The notes beneath the pieces were generated by a model. That model was not told where the DNA came from, did no database searches, and saw only the letters and a program-made list of their open reading frames with translations. 29,341 nucleotides of DNA from Synechococcus sp. (GTDB lineage Bacteria; Cyanobacteriota; Cyanobacteriia; Thermostichales; PCC-7336), in NCBI GenBank assembly GCA_051439425.1, contig JBFRWD010000084.1, positions 1 through 29,341 on the forward strand. The letters run 5' to 3'. This document shows positions 1 to 8,917 of the stretch, piece by piece. The position numbers were made by a program, and so were the translations under genes. Each line of letters starts with the position of its first letter. The first letter of the stretch is position 1.

Positions 1-125
1 AGACCTTCTACACCAAGAACATCCTCTTGAACGAGGGTATTCGTGCATGGATGGCTCCTCAGGACCAACCTCAGCGCAACTACGTCTTCCCCGAGGAAGT
101 TCTTCCTCGCGGTAACGCTCTCTAA
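1..125 (+). CDS. psbD: Photosystem II D2 protein, 3' end (partial, runs off window)
   Basis: Frame from nt 3 reads [40 protein letters not shown], the D2 C-terminus. No overlapping psbC follows, so it is probably the monocistronic psbD2-type copy. Confidence 0.97.
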   Translation, partial: TFYTKNILLNEGIRAWMAPQDQPQRNYVFPEEVLPRGNAL

Positions 126-197
126 ATCGAGCAGCTAGATTCTGTTCTAGGTTTAGACCTTCAGCGATCGCTGTTTGATTGGCTTACACCGATAGCC

Positions 198-225
198 GCC
201 CCGCCTCTGGTGGGGCATTTTTATT
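198..225 (+). terminator. Rho-independent terminator after psbD
   Basis: GCCCCGCC-TCT-GGTGGGGC stem-loop followed by ATTTTTATT. Confidence 0.75.
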
Positions 226-237
226 GGTGCAGTGCGA

Positions 238-341
238 CATAGCATTTGGCAACCCGCTATGGAGAGTTTGCGAATCACATTTCTTATGAATCAAAGCTTT
301 CAGCCGTCTTCACACTCTAGACCCGACAACAGATTGCTATA
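238..341 (-). repeat. ~104-bp MITE-like repeat, copy A (reverse orientation)
   Basis: Reverse complement TATAGCAATCTGTTGTCGGGTCTAGAGTGT...AAACTCTCCATAGCGGGTTGCCAAATGCTATG aligns end to end with the copies at 3815 and 15775. Confidence 0.8.
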
Positions 342-468
342 GAACTCTATCGAACCAGAGAGTAGAGAGCGATCCCCAGTTGCTCCAGCTGACCTCTCTC
401 GACAATCTCCCCGAGAAGATCGATTAAAGTAAAGATATATAAACAGGTCTCAGTCAGGCATCGGCTTC

Positions 469-2028
469 ATGGACATTCAAAAAATTCTCTACGTCCGCCT
501 TCCCTGCAATCCCATCTTCCCGATTGGTGCTGTCTACCTAGCCGACCACGTCCACAAACAATTCCCCCATGTGCAGCAGCAAATCTTCGACATGGGCACC
601 TTCCCACCGCTAGATTTTCGGGTCAGGCTATTCGACAAAATTGATGAATTTCAACCGGACTTGATTGTCTATTCTTGGCGCGATCTCCAAGTCTACGCTC
701 CCGTGAATGGACGAGCCGGCAACCCCCTCCAAAATGCATTCGAGTTCTACTACTCCAAGAACCCCATCAAGAAAGTCCGCAGCGCAGTGGGCAGCCTCAA
801 GCTGGTAACTGCCTATTATGGAGAACTGTGGCGGAACCAGAAGTTAGTCAAAGACGGAACCGATCGCGCCCGTCGCTATAACCCCAATGCCCGAGCCGTA
901 TTGGGTGGCGGCGCGGTCAGCGTGTTCTACGAACAGCTCAAGACCTCTCTGCCCAAAGGCACCATTGTATCGGTGGGTGAAGGTGAGCCTCTGCTACAGA
1001 AACTCCTGAGTGGTCAAAGCTTAGCCAACGAGCGCTGTTACATAGTCGGCGAAGCCGATCCCCGCCCCGGTCTGGTACACGAGCAACCGGAGGAAATAGA
1101 GAAAACCGCCTGCGATTACGACTACATCGAAAGTATTTGGCCGGAGTTTTCCTACTACTTTGAAGGGGGAGATTTTTACATCGGCGTGCAGACCAAGCGT
1201 GGCTGCCCACACAACTGCTGCTACTGCGTCTATACCGTCATTGAAGGCAAGGCCGTCCGTATCAATCCGGCGGATGAAGTCGTAAAGGAGATGCTGCAGC
1301 TTTACAAGCGCGGCGTTCGCAATTTCTGGTTTACCGACGCCCAGTTCATTCCTGCCCGTAAGTACATGGCGGATGTGGAGGAGTTGCTGGAGAAGATTCT
1401 GGCGGCTGGTATGACTGATATCCACTGGGCCGCTTACATTCGCGCCGATAACCTCACTCCTCGATTGGCGGAGCTGATGGTGAAAACCGGGATGAACTAC
1501 TTTGAAATCGGCATCACCAGTGGATCTCAGGAGTTGGTGCGCAAGATGCGTATGGGCTACAACTTGCGGACGGTATTGGAGAGTTGCCGCTATCTGAGGA
1601 ATGCGGGCTTTGACGATCTGGTGTCAGTCAACTATTCGTTTAACGTCATTGACGAGCGCGAAGAGACCATTCGCCAGACGGTGCGCTATCACCGAGAGCT
1701 AGAAAGTATTTTTGGGTCTCACAATGTGGAACCTGCCATTTTCTTTATTGGCCTGCAACCTCATACCCACCTAGAGAGTTATGCCATCAAGCAAGGGGTA
1801 TTGAAAGAAGACTATAACCCCATGAGCATGATGCCTTGGACGGCCCGCAAGCTGTTGTGGAATCCCGAGCCAATGGGCGGGTTCTTCGGAGAAATTTGCC
1901 TGCAAGCCTGGGACCGCAATGCGGATGATTTTGGCCGCGAAGTTTTTGACATTTTAGAAGAACGGCTAGGGGCATCCCAATTGGAAGAAGCCATTTCAGC
2001 ACCGTTAGCAGGGACATTTGTGTCATAA
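469..2028 (+). CDS. Photosystem II high-light acclimation radical SAM protein (Slr0320-like, B12-binding-like N-terminus)
   Basis: CxxxCxxC motif in GCPHNCCYC, QTKRGC, FWFTDAQF; N-terminus ILYVRLPCNPIFPIG is typical of this cyanobacterial family; adjacent to psbD. Confidence 0.88.
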   Translation: MDIQKILYVRLPCNPIFPIGAVYLADHVHKQFPHVQQQIFDMGTFPPLDFRVRLFDKIDEFQPDLIVYSWRDLQVYAPVNGRAGNPLQNAFEFYYSKNPIKKVRSAVGSLKLVTAYYGELWRNQKLVKDGTDRARRYNPNARAVLGGGAVSVFYEQLKTSLPKGTIVSVGEGEPLLQKLLSGQSLANERCYIVGEADPRPGLVHEQPEEIEKTACDYDYIESIWPEFSYYFEGGDFYIGVQTKRGCPHNCCYCVYTVIEGKAVRINPADEVVKEMLQLYKRGVRNFWFTDAQFIPARKYMADVEELLEKILAAGMTDIHWAAYIRADNLTPRLAELMVKTGMNYFEIGITSGSQELVRKMRMGYNLRTVLESCRYLRNAGFDDLVSVNYSFNVIDEREETIRQTVRYHRELESIFGSHNVEPAIFFIGLQPHTHLESYAIKQGVLKEDYNPMSMMPWTARKLLWNPEPMGGFFGEICLQAWDRNADDFGREVFDILEERLGASQLEEAISAPLAGTFVS

Positions 2029-2148
2029 CCCCTGCTGGCCAATGAAAAAAAACAGTTTGCTCACTCTTAAGCCATCGTTTCAGCAATGAGTTGGGCATAC
2101 CAAATGTTAGTAATGTCCCGAATATAAGGATGATTGCTAACAAAGTCT

Positions 2149-2460
2149 CTAAATTGGCAAACATTGCAGATGCTCAAACTCAACTGGTTCGAGGACTGGA
2201 GACAATGGAACGGCAAGAGCATGAGTTAATCTGCCGTCCTCTTGCTGTTGAAATGGGTCGGGGGGAGTGAGGAAGTAGACTCTGAGCAAGCTAAAGACGC
2301 TTAGGATTAGCGACAGAATGACGGCAAACGCTAGAAAGCGGCCCGTCCAGATAAAGATTGGCGATCGCTTTCTCCCTGTTGGCGGAAAACCACAATGAGG
2401 GCATGTATCGGCCTCCATACTGGTCAACGCCCCACAAACCTTACAAGGTTCCAACGCCAT
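2149..2460 (-). CDS. Small zinc-ribbon membrane protein
   Basis: CKVC-x10-CPHCG zinc ribbon followed by one hydrophobic helix (FLAFAVILSLILSVFSLL). Confidence 0.7.
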   Translation of the reverse strand: MALEPCKVCGALTSMEADTCPHCGFPPTGRKRSPIFIWTGRFLAFAVILSLILSVFSLLRVYFLTPPDPFQQQEDGRLTHALAVPLSPVLEPVEFEHLQCLPI

Positions 2461-2508
2461 CCCAACACCTCACCCATTGCACTGGTTTTGCTTAGAAAAT
2501 TACGCACG

Positions 2509-3744
2509 TTAGGCGGTTTGCGGATTGAACAGCGCAAACACCGACGTATAGCCATGCAAAAACGTTGAGCCACTCACAGGGCCAATCTCTCCATTGCAGA
2601 AAAATCCTCCCATCGGCACTGCCCCCAGCGACTCCTCCAACACCTGCGTATCGTGGTTAGGCTCCCCATACAGGTATTCCCCCCGGCCCAGACAGGAAAA
2701 CATCAGCGCTCCGGCTGGCATGAGTGCCAATCCGCGTTCCATGCGCTCCTGACGATAGCGCCGCAACACTGCGTGCAGATCTTCATTGGATGTCTGCTTA
2801 TCTCGTAGGTGAAACTGCAGCCGCTGTCCCGATCTCAACCGATCGCCGACCGCCAATGCCCCTGTCCTGGGATCGATACCAATAATATTGCGAATTAAGA
2901 AATCTCCCGGTTCCAGTGTCTCCTTAAACTCATCCATAACCATGCCGGCAAATAGGGACGTACGCACCAACTGGCGATCGGCCTCGCTCAATGTCTTCAC
3001 CATGTTCTGCAACGCCATCAGTGGAGACTGTTCGTCTAGCTGCAGCACCACATTTCGCTCGGCTTGAGAGACCTGCATCGCCTGCCCGATGGGTCGACAT
3101 CCTTGGGCGACCACCGCTTCTACCGAGATATTCCCCGACAGCGCCACCCCCACAGCTCCTTCCCGATGCAGCTCGCCATTTACAAACAGAGCATTTCCAC
3201 CGGAGGTCTGGCCTCCACTTGCTAGTCCCCCCACTGTTGTGGCGTTGGGAAAGGCAAAGTCTAGCCCTTGCAACAATTCGGTGATGCGGGAAGAAAAGGC
3301 ATCCGCCAGCAGGACAAAATGAGGACTGGCTTGCCCCGACACCCCCAACAACTGCTGCCAATGTTCGGGAGGAGAATCCAGATCGGGGAGCGCATCACCC
3401 GTGATGTGAAACGGCCGCACCTCCACTCCCGGCAACCTTGCAAGCGTCAGCGAAATAGCAGGACTGTCTTCGACCTCCTGACTATCTCCCACAATGCCTC
3501 CCCCCGAACAGCCGATCGCTACCGTGCCCGCTGGCAACAGTCCTTGTAGCAGCGGGGCAATCCGAGGATAGTCACTAGCAAACGATGCGGAAACAAAGAG
3601 AATAGCGAGGTCAACTTCGACCGCTGCCAGCTGTAGTTCGGGGATATCGCTGGCATCTTGCAACCGAGCTGTTGCCGAACTCACCACTTCCGTCAGTGCG
3701 GCTTCCAGGGAGGGGTTGGTCGAAAGTGCGTTTACCCACTGCAT
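2509..3744 (-). CDS. FIST N/C-domain (NosP-like) sensor protein
   Basis: IGCSGGGIVG, VGGLASG, VAQGCRPIG, FSCLGRG, GFFCNGEIGP and LHGYTS motifs. Start placed at ATG 3744 (MQWVNALS) because the longer ORF starts inside a repeat element. Confidence 0.9.
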   Translation of the reverse strand: MQWVNALSTNPSLEAALTEVVSSATARLQDASDIPELQLAAVEVDLAILFVSASFASDYPRIAPLLQGLLPAGTVAIGCSGGGIVGDSQEVEDSPAISLTLARLPGVEVRPFHITGDALPDLDSPPEHWQQLLGVSGQASPHFVLLADAFSSRITELLQGLDFAFPNATTVGGLASGGQTSGGNALFVNGELHREGAVGVALSGNISVEAVVAQGCRPIGQAMQVSQAERNVVLQLDEQSPLMALQNMVKTLSEADRQLVRTSLFAGMVMDEFKETLEPGDFLIRNIIGIDPRTGALAVGDRLRSGQRLQFHLRDKQTSNEDLHAVLRRYRQERMERGLALMPAGALMFSCLGRGEYLYGEPNHDTQVLEESLGAVPMGGFFCNGEIGPVSGSTFLHGYTSVFALFNPQTA

Positions 3745-3814
3745 AGACGTATGGCTTTCTCCAAATTGCTGATTAGTGGCTCTGAGGATCGCATCGGTAG
3801 CAATACCGGTGATA

Positions 3815-3918
3815 TATAGCAATCCGCTCTAAGGTCTGAAGTGTTGAGAGCGCTAGAATCCTTTATTAGCAAGGAAAGAACTTAGGAAACTCTCCATAGC
3901 GGATTGCCGATTGCTATA
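3815..3918 (+). repeat. ~104-bp MITE-like repeat, copy B
   Basis: Perfect terminal inverted repeat TATAGCAATC...GATTGCTATA plus internal GCAATCCGCT/AGCGGATTGC inverted repeat. Confidence 0.85.
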
Positions 3919-4021
3919 CATGCCGAGACCAAGTAAAACAGCCGACAGATGCGATCGCGATTGTAGTGGATACGCCTGATAATCGGCAGCCTTTAGAGAC
4001 AAACGTAAACCTGACAGGCCA

Positions 4022-4801
4022 CTACCTTTCGTAGGTACTCAGCCCCCAGTCTTGCAAGGCTGAAAATTGTTGGTGGGCTGTCAAGTTGAAATGCAATGGC
4101 GTCACCGTAATGTAGTTGTCTTGAATGGCGGCAATATCAGTATCGGGAGCTGCGTGAGTATCGATCGCTTCTCCCGCAATCCAATAGTAGGTCTTGCCCC
4201 GAGGGTCCATACGCTTTTCAAAGGTTTCCGAATAATGCCGAACACCTAAAGGTGCCAGTACAACGCCACAAATGTCTTCGGTGGGCAGGGGAGGAACGTT
4301 GACATTGATTAAGGTGGGGTGGACGGGGAATGGTCGGTTTTCAGTTTTATCCAACCAATCGCGGACAAAATCAGCAGCCGGTTGAAAGTCGTCGGAGCTA
4401 AAGCTAGTCAGACTAACGGCAAGGCTATTGATGCCTGCCATCAACCCCTCCATCGCTGCCGATACCGTCCCGGAATACAGCACGTCGCAGCCCAGGTTCG
4501 CTCCTCGATTGATCCCCGACACCACCCAATCAGGAGGCTCGTCCAATAGCTCATCCAGGCCCAATTTGATGCAGTCTGACGGTGTCCCCGATGACGTCCA
4601 GGCATTAATGCGATCGTCAAACGGAGCTCTCACCGCCTCGACCCGCAACGGCTTGTGCAAGGTCAAAGCATGGCCGGTAGCCGATCGCTCGCGATCGGGA
4701 CACACCACCGTAATGTCGTGACCAGCCCGCGCCAGCGTATTGGCCAAACACAAGACTCCTGGCGAGTAAATGCCATCATCATTGCCAATTAGAATGCGCA
4801 T
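4022..4801 (-). CDS. surE: 5'/3'-nucleotidase SurE
   Basis: MRILIGNDDGI, GTPSDC, VSGINRGANLG and YSGTVSAAMEG signatures. Confidence 0.97.
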   Translation of the reverse strand: MRILIGNDDGIYSPGVLCLANTLARAGHDITVVCPDRERSATGHALTLHKPLRVEAVRAPFDDRINAWTSSGTPSDCIKLGLDELLDEPPDWVVSGINRGANLGCDVLYSGTVSAAMEGLMAGINSLAVSLTSFSSDDFQPAADFVRDWLDKTENRPFPVHPTLINVNVPPLPTEDICGVVLAPLGVRHYSETFEKRMDPRGKTYYWIAGEAIDTHAAPDTDIAAIQDNYITVTPLHFNLTAHQQFSALQDWGLSTYER

Positions 4802-4946
4802 GATCGGGTGTTTGTATCGAAATAGAGGCCTAGACTCCTGTCAGCATAGGAGTGATGGATACTTGCTCTGTCTCAGGCTTGCAGCAAGCATTTGTCGTTT
4901 GAAGCCCCCAATAGCAAGCCTGATGAACGAATAGGGGCCGATCGGA

Positions 4947-5957
4947 TCAGAGTTCGTACACCTGATTATCTAGCAGCAAATGAGTAATGCCCTTCTCCTG
5001 CAGTTGCTCGCGAGCGGCAGACAAAAAATAGCTGGGGAAGCCAATTACCCGATGCTTGTGGCGACCGCGATGGCGGAAACGATCGGAAAAGCGGCGGGCT
5101 ACGCGATGGCTGTCAAATAGAGGCAGGGTTTTGGCCTCAGCTAGCTCGTTAGGAACGTCACCCAAATGATTGAACTCTTGCAACAAACAGGTGGTGAGTT
5201 CTTGGAAGCGATCGACAACGGCAAAACATTGACCGGGCAAATCCTCTTCATCCAATGCCAGGATATTAATCGGATCTTGCTGGGTTGGGGCAGAAAAGTC
5301 GGGGTTGGCTTGAACGGCTGAATACCAAACCGGTGGTGGACCAACGACTTCAACTTGCGACGGTTGTTCGTCCCACTTTCCATCCCCCTCATCATCGTCG
5401 TCATCCTCGCTATCGTCGTCTTCGCCTTCGTCATCAATATCGCTGTCGTATTCATCCTCGCTATCGTCGTCACCGAACAACTCTGCCCCCAGTTGTTCGT
5501 CATCCTCGCTATCTTCATCTAATTCATCGTCGTCCAACTCGTCGTCCTCCCTCTCGCCGCCCCCAAGAACTTCACCCTCAAGAGCGTCATCAATGCTAGC
5601 GCCATCAATATCGTCGGTCTCAAGCTCGGAATCATCTACATCGATGGCCGATTCAGTATCGTCAAGTGCGGCGGCAGAAATGCCATCTGTTTCTATTTCT
5701 TCGGCAATGGCGGCCCCAGAGTCAATATCCAGCAAAGAAGGCTGAGCAGCCTGCTTCTTTTTGCTCGGACGCCCCCCCCGCTTCTGCCTCACCAGCACTT
5801 TATATTCATCTGTCGGAATATCTTCTTTTAGAACGCGAGACGCAGTGCTGCTGCTAATCCCAAACTGCTCCGCCAGCATGGACACCGTGACTCCAGGTTG
5901 GCGGTAGCCATCCACGATCTGGGCGCGGGCTTCCGCTGTTAACTTGGTGCGAGCCAT
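4947..5957 (-). CDS. Cyanobacterial protein with N-terminal HTH, long Asp/Glu-rich linker and conserved C-terminal domain
   Basis: HTH-like TVSMLAEQFGISSSTASRVL, acidic low-complexity middle, C-terminal TLPLFDSHRVARRFS...KGITHLLLDNQVYEL. No DDE transposase core is visible. Confidence 0.8.
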   Translation of the reverse strand: MARTKLTAEARAQIVDGYRQPGVTVSMLAEQFGISSSTASRVLKEDIPTDEYKVLVRQKRGGRPSKKKQAAQPSLLDIDSGAAIAEEIETDGISAAALDDTESAIDVDDSELETDDIDGASIDDALEGEVLGGGEREDDELDDDELDEDSEDDEQLGAELFGDDDSEDEYDSDIDDEGEDDDSEDDDDDEGDGKWDEQPSQVEVVGPPPVWYSAVQANPDFSAPTQQDPINILALDEEDLPGQCFAVVDRFQELTTCLLQEFNHLGDVPNELAEAKTLPLFDSHRVARRFSDRFRHRGRHKHRVIGFPSYFLSAAREQLQEKGITHLLLDNQVYEL

Positions 5958-6316
5958 TGGAACCTCAACGAGCCATCTATATCTATTTCTTTTATGGACG
6001 CTCTCGGGAGAGAGGTGTGCGTCAGAAATCGGGAAATACGCACGTTTTCAGCGTCTCGATTGTACGCGCATCTGGGCGCTGTGGGGGTGCCCACGCAATT
6101 CAAACTCAATGCTCTATCGGTTTTTTCTTGATTGAGGCACTTCCGCAAGCCAGGATCGCAGTGGCCAAATCATTGCGGACATTTCAACGATGTTCACTGA
6201 TTGTGTCTGGAAACCGTTGTCCAACTGAAATGGCAAACACTATAGTCCTCACCAAAACGTGTCAAGTAAACGGCGTACACTCGTGTTGTCGCTTTTGCGA
6301 TCTAATTCGAGGTTTT

Positions 6317-7150
6317 GTGACCACCCAACTGCCAGCCCTACCCTCCGTTTCCCCCCTGCAGCTTTCCAAGATTATTGTGAAAAGTCTGCAAGACAATCTT
6401 TCGGTTACTGGCCGAGACAATATTCCTGAGGGACCGCTGCTCGTTATCAGTAACCACCGCAGTATTATCGATCCCTTTGTATTGATGGTGGCACTGCAGC
6501 GGGATATCCGATTTGCCTGTCATTTCTTTATGACGCGCGTTCCCCTCCTGAATCTGGCGATCGAGCGCCTCAATTGCATTCCGTTGGAGCAGCACGGCAG
6601 CTCGCAAATCCCCTTCTTTCGTACTGCGCTGTCTAGCTTGCGCGCACGAGAAACGGTGGGCATTTTCCCTGAAGGTGGTGCCTTGATGACGCGCCGAAGT
6701 ACCCCTCACCACATCGCAGAGTTTCAGCCGGGGTTCGCTCACCTAGCGTTGCGATCGCGCCTCTCCTCTCTTGCCATCCTGCCCGTCGCGCTCAAAGTCC
6801 ACCGAGATCTTCCCCTTCCCGATTTACCCATGTCTGTTTTTCGCTGGTTTGACCCGGCAGAACCGATATTTCAAACCAATCATCCCCATCCAGTCGTGGT
6901 GTACCGAAAAGCCACCGTAGCGATCGCCCCTCCCATCTGGCTCCCCCTGTCATCAGAGGCTTCGTCATCACTCGATTTATTAGCAAGTGATATTTCCCCC
7001 CTTAACAGTCCCTCTTTTCGAATGCAAACTAAAGATCGCCTTACCCACAGTCAAAATCCGGTACGAGATCGGACTCTTGCGATCGCGCGAGATGCAGAGG
7101 CGCTAACCCGCAAAGCTCGCACCGCCATCCAACAGCTATTGAACGAGTAA
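6317..7150 (+). CDS. Lysophospholipid / 1-acyl-sn-glycerol-3-phosphate acyltransferase family protein (PlsC-like)
   Basis: NHRSIID (HxxxxD) and GIFPEG motifs. GTG 6317 is preceded by CGAGG; the upstream ORF extension looks non-coding. Confidence 0.88.
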   Translation: MTTQLPALPSVSPLQLSKIIVKSLQDNLSVTGRDNIPEGPLLVISNHRSIIDPFVLMVALQRDIRFACHFFMTRVPLLNLAIERLNCIPLEQHGSSQIPFFRTALSSLRARETVGIFPEGGALMTRRSTPHHIAEFQPGFAHLALRSRLSSLAILPVALKVHRDLPLPDLPMSVFRWFDPAEPIFQTNHPHPVVVYRKATVAIAPPIWLPLSSEASSSLDLLASDISPLNSPSFRMQTKDRLTHSQNPVRDRTLAIARDAEALTRKARTAIQQLLNE

Positions 7151-7154
7151 CCTC

Positions 7155-7931
7155 ATGCCCTTGACCTATTCTTCACCTGCTGCTGGAGTCAAACGACCTC
7201 GATTGATCTATTTGCCCGGTTTGGATGGCACGGGGGACTTGTTTTATCGGCAGCAGGTTGGGCTGGAGCAGGCGTTTGAGGTTCGAAGGTTTAGCTTTAA
7301 TCAAATGGCCACCCCCTCTTGGCAGGATCTGGTAGCAGCCGTTATCGACAACCACGTAACCGATCGTCCCGTTGTGTTGTGTGGGGAATCCTTCGGAGCC
7401 TGCTTGGCATTGACCATTGCCGATCGCGTTCCGGACGCCGTGGCTGGCATGGTTCTGGTGAATCCGGCATCATCTTTTCGCCGAGCAACAGTGTTGAATT
7501 CACTCTCCAACTTGCTACTGGCGATTCCGGAAGTGTTGGTTCATGCCAGCTCCGGTTTGAGTCTGAATTGGTTGTGTGTACCGTCGCGGTTGGCATCAAC
7601 CGATCTAGAGCGGTTTCAACAGGCGATCGGATCGGTTCGAAAAGCAGAGACTCTTCACCGGTTGGAATTACTAAAACAGTTTGACGTTTCCACCTATCGT
7701 CTCGAACACCTGACGTGTCCCTCACTGGTGCTGGCCGGTCAGCGAGATCGCCTACTTCCCTCCGAATCTGAAGCCCGCCACCTGGTTTCTCGCCTATCTG
7801 CGGCCGAACTCAAGCTACTGCCCGATAGCGGTCACGCCTGTCTATTGGAACGGGATATGGATTTGGCCGGTATTCTTCACTCCTGTCCCGCCTTTGAACC
7901 GTTACTCGCGTCTCCTGCCAATCTGGGATAG
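7155..7931 (+). CDS. Alpha/beta-fold hydrolase (esterase/lipase)
   Basis: YLPGLDGTG oxyanion region, GESFG nucleophile elbow, D in GQRDRLLPS and H in SGHACLLE; starts 4 nt after the acyltransferase stop. Confidence 0.92.
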   Translation: MPLTYSSPAAGVKRPRLIYLPGLDGTGDLFYRQQVGLEQAFEVRRFSFNQMATPSWQDLVAAVIDNHVTDRPVVLCGESFGACLALTIADRVPDAVAGMVLVNPASSFRRATVLNSLSNLLLAIPEVLVHASSGLSLNWLCVPSRLASTDLERFQQAIGSVRKAETLHRLELLKQFDVSTYRLEHLTCPSLVLAGQRDRLLPSESEARHLVSRLSAAELKLLPDSGHACLLERDMDLAGILHSCPAFEPLLASPANLG

Positions 7932-7968
7932 GTTCGGGGCAATTCAACAATCGGGGACTATCGCCCCC

Positions 7969-8622
7969 ATGCCCTCTGGCCGCACTCACGATCGCATCAC
8001 CCTGTATAGCCTGCCAATCGTAACGGCAGCAGCAGGTTTACTCACCCGCAGCTCAACCGTGGCCCTCGCCGTTAGCGGTGCTTTCTTGTTCGCTGGTCTA
8101 ATGTTTAGTGGCGATCTCGATACGCGATCGCACCAATACAATCGATGGCTGTGGCTGCGCTGGATCTGGGTACCTTACAGGCGGTTGTGCAAACATCGAT
8201 CGGTGTGGTCTCACGGCCCCATTGTGGGCACGATTTGCCGATTACTGTACGTGGGTTTGTGGGCGCTGGTCCCAACGGCAAGCGTACTCTACCTCGGTCA
8301 CCACCATGCCAACTGGCCCTGGCAACCTGTGGTGTGGCTACAGCAAGGGTTAGCGTGGCTAATCCGCCCTGCAGGAGACACAGGCTTGCCCTGGTGGGGG
8401 GTTCTGGCAGCCATGGTTGTCGGCCTGGAACTGGGATCCATCAGTCATTCCAGTAGTGATTGGATCGGTTCGACGTTGAAACGATGGGCATCTAGATGGC
8501 GCAGTCACTCGCACAGTCACTCTAGATGGCAACGCAATTCTAGATGGCACAGTAGCTCTAAATGGCACACTAACCATGGCAACAGGAGGGGTAGGAGAAA
8601 ACCAGGAAGGCGTTTTCGGTAG
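7969..8622 (+). CDS. Putative metal-binding membrane protein (DUF2227-like)
   Basis: MPSGRTHDRIT start, FSGDLD, WIWVPYR..HRS.WSHGPIVGT and SHS.SD motifs, several hydrophobic segments. Confidence 0.85.
   Translation: MPSGRTHDRITLYSLPIVTAAAGLLTRSSTVALAVSGAFLFAGLMFSGDLDTRSHQYNRWLWLRWIWVPYRRLCKHRSVWSHGPIVGTICRLLYVGLWALVPTASVLYLGHHHANWPWQPVVWLQQGLAWLIRPAGDTGLPWWGVLAAMVVGLELGSISHSSSDWIGSTLKRWASRWRSHSHSHSRWQRNSRWHSSSKWHTNHGNRRGRRKPGRRFR
8491..8574 (+). repeat. Degenerate 18-bp coding tandem repeat (TCTAGATGGC-N8)
   Basis: Units begin at 8491, 8521, 8539 and 8557 and encode S-R/K-W-x-x-x. Confidence 0.8.
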
Positions 8623-8917
8623 TAGAGCGTTCGATACAGCCTTTTGCCCTGACCGTTTGTCAATTTCAGCCCAGCCCAGACCTAAACAAACAGAACGACT
8701 TGCAATTACAGCTAAAAATGGGGCTTTGAGCTTCGCTTGAACCCTCTCCTGAATTTTTTGAGTAGTGCTCGCTACAAAGCTGAGAAAAGCTGTTACACTG
8801 ATGGCTCAAGTTTTTCACCCACCTGATTTAGCCGCCTGCGATCGCTTGTCAAGGGATATGCGGAAACTGATGATGTGGGGCTCGTCTTCTGAATGTTCGC
8901 TCGCTGGAGACTGATTC

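Noticed and set aside
3745..3822. Longer start for the FIST ORF
   Set aside because: The TTG lies inside MITE copy B; family-like sequence starts at MQW.
4873..4923. 10-bp inverted repeat TCAGGCTTGC/GCAAGCCTGA upstream of surE
   Set aside because: 31-nt loop and no U-tract; cannot be called a terminator or operator.
5957..6316. 120-aa N-terminal extension of the acyltransferase ORF
   Set aside because: Starts at the divergent gene's start and looks like translated intergenic DNA; GTG 6317 with an RBS is more plausible.
8491..8574. Possible mini-CRISPR array
   Set aside because: The repeat is only 10 bp with 8-20 nt spacers, in frame within a CDS, and no cas genes are present.
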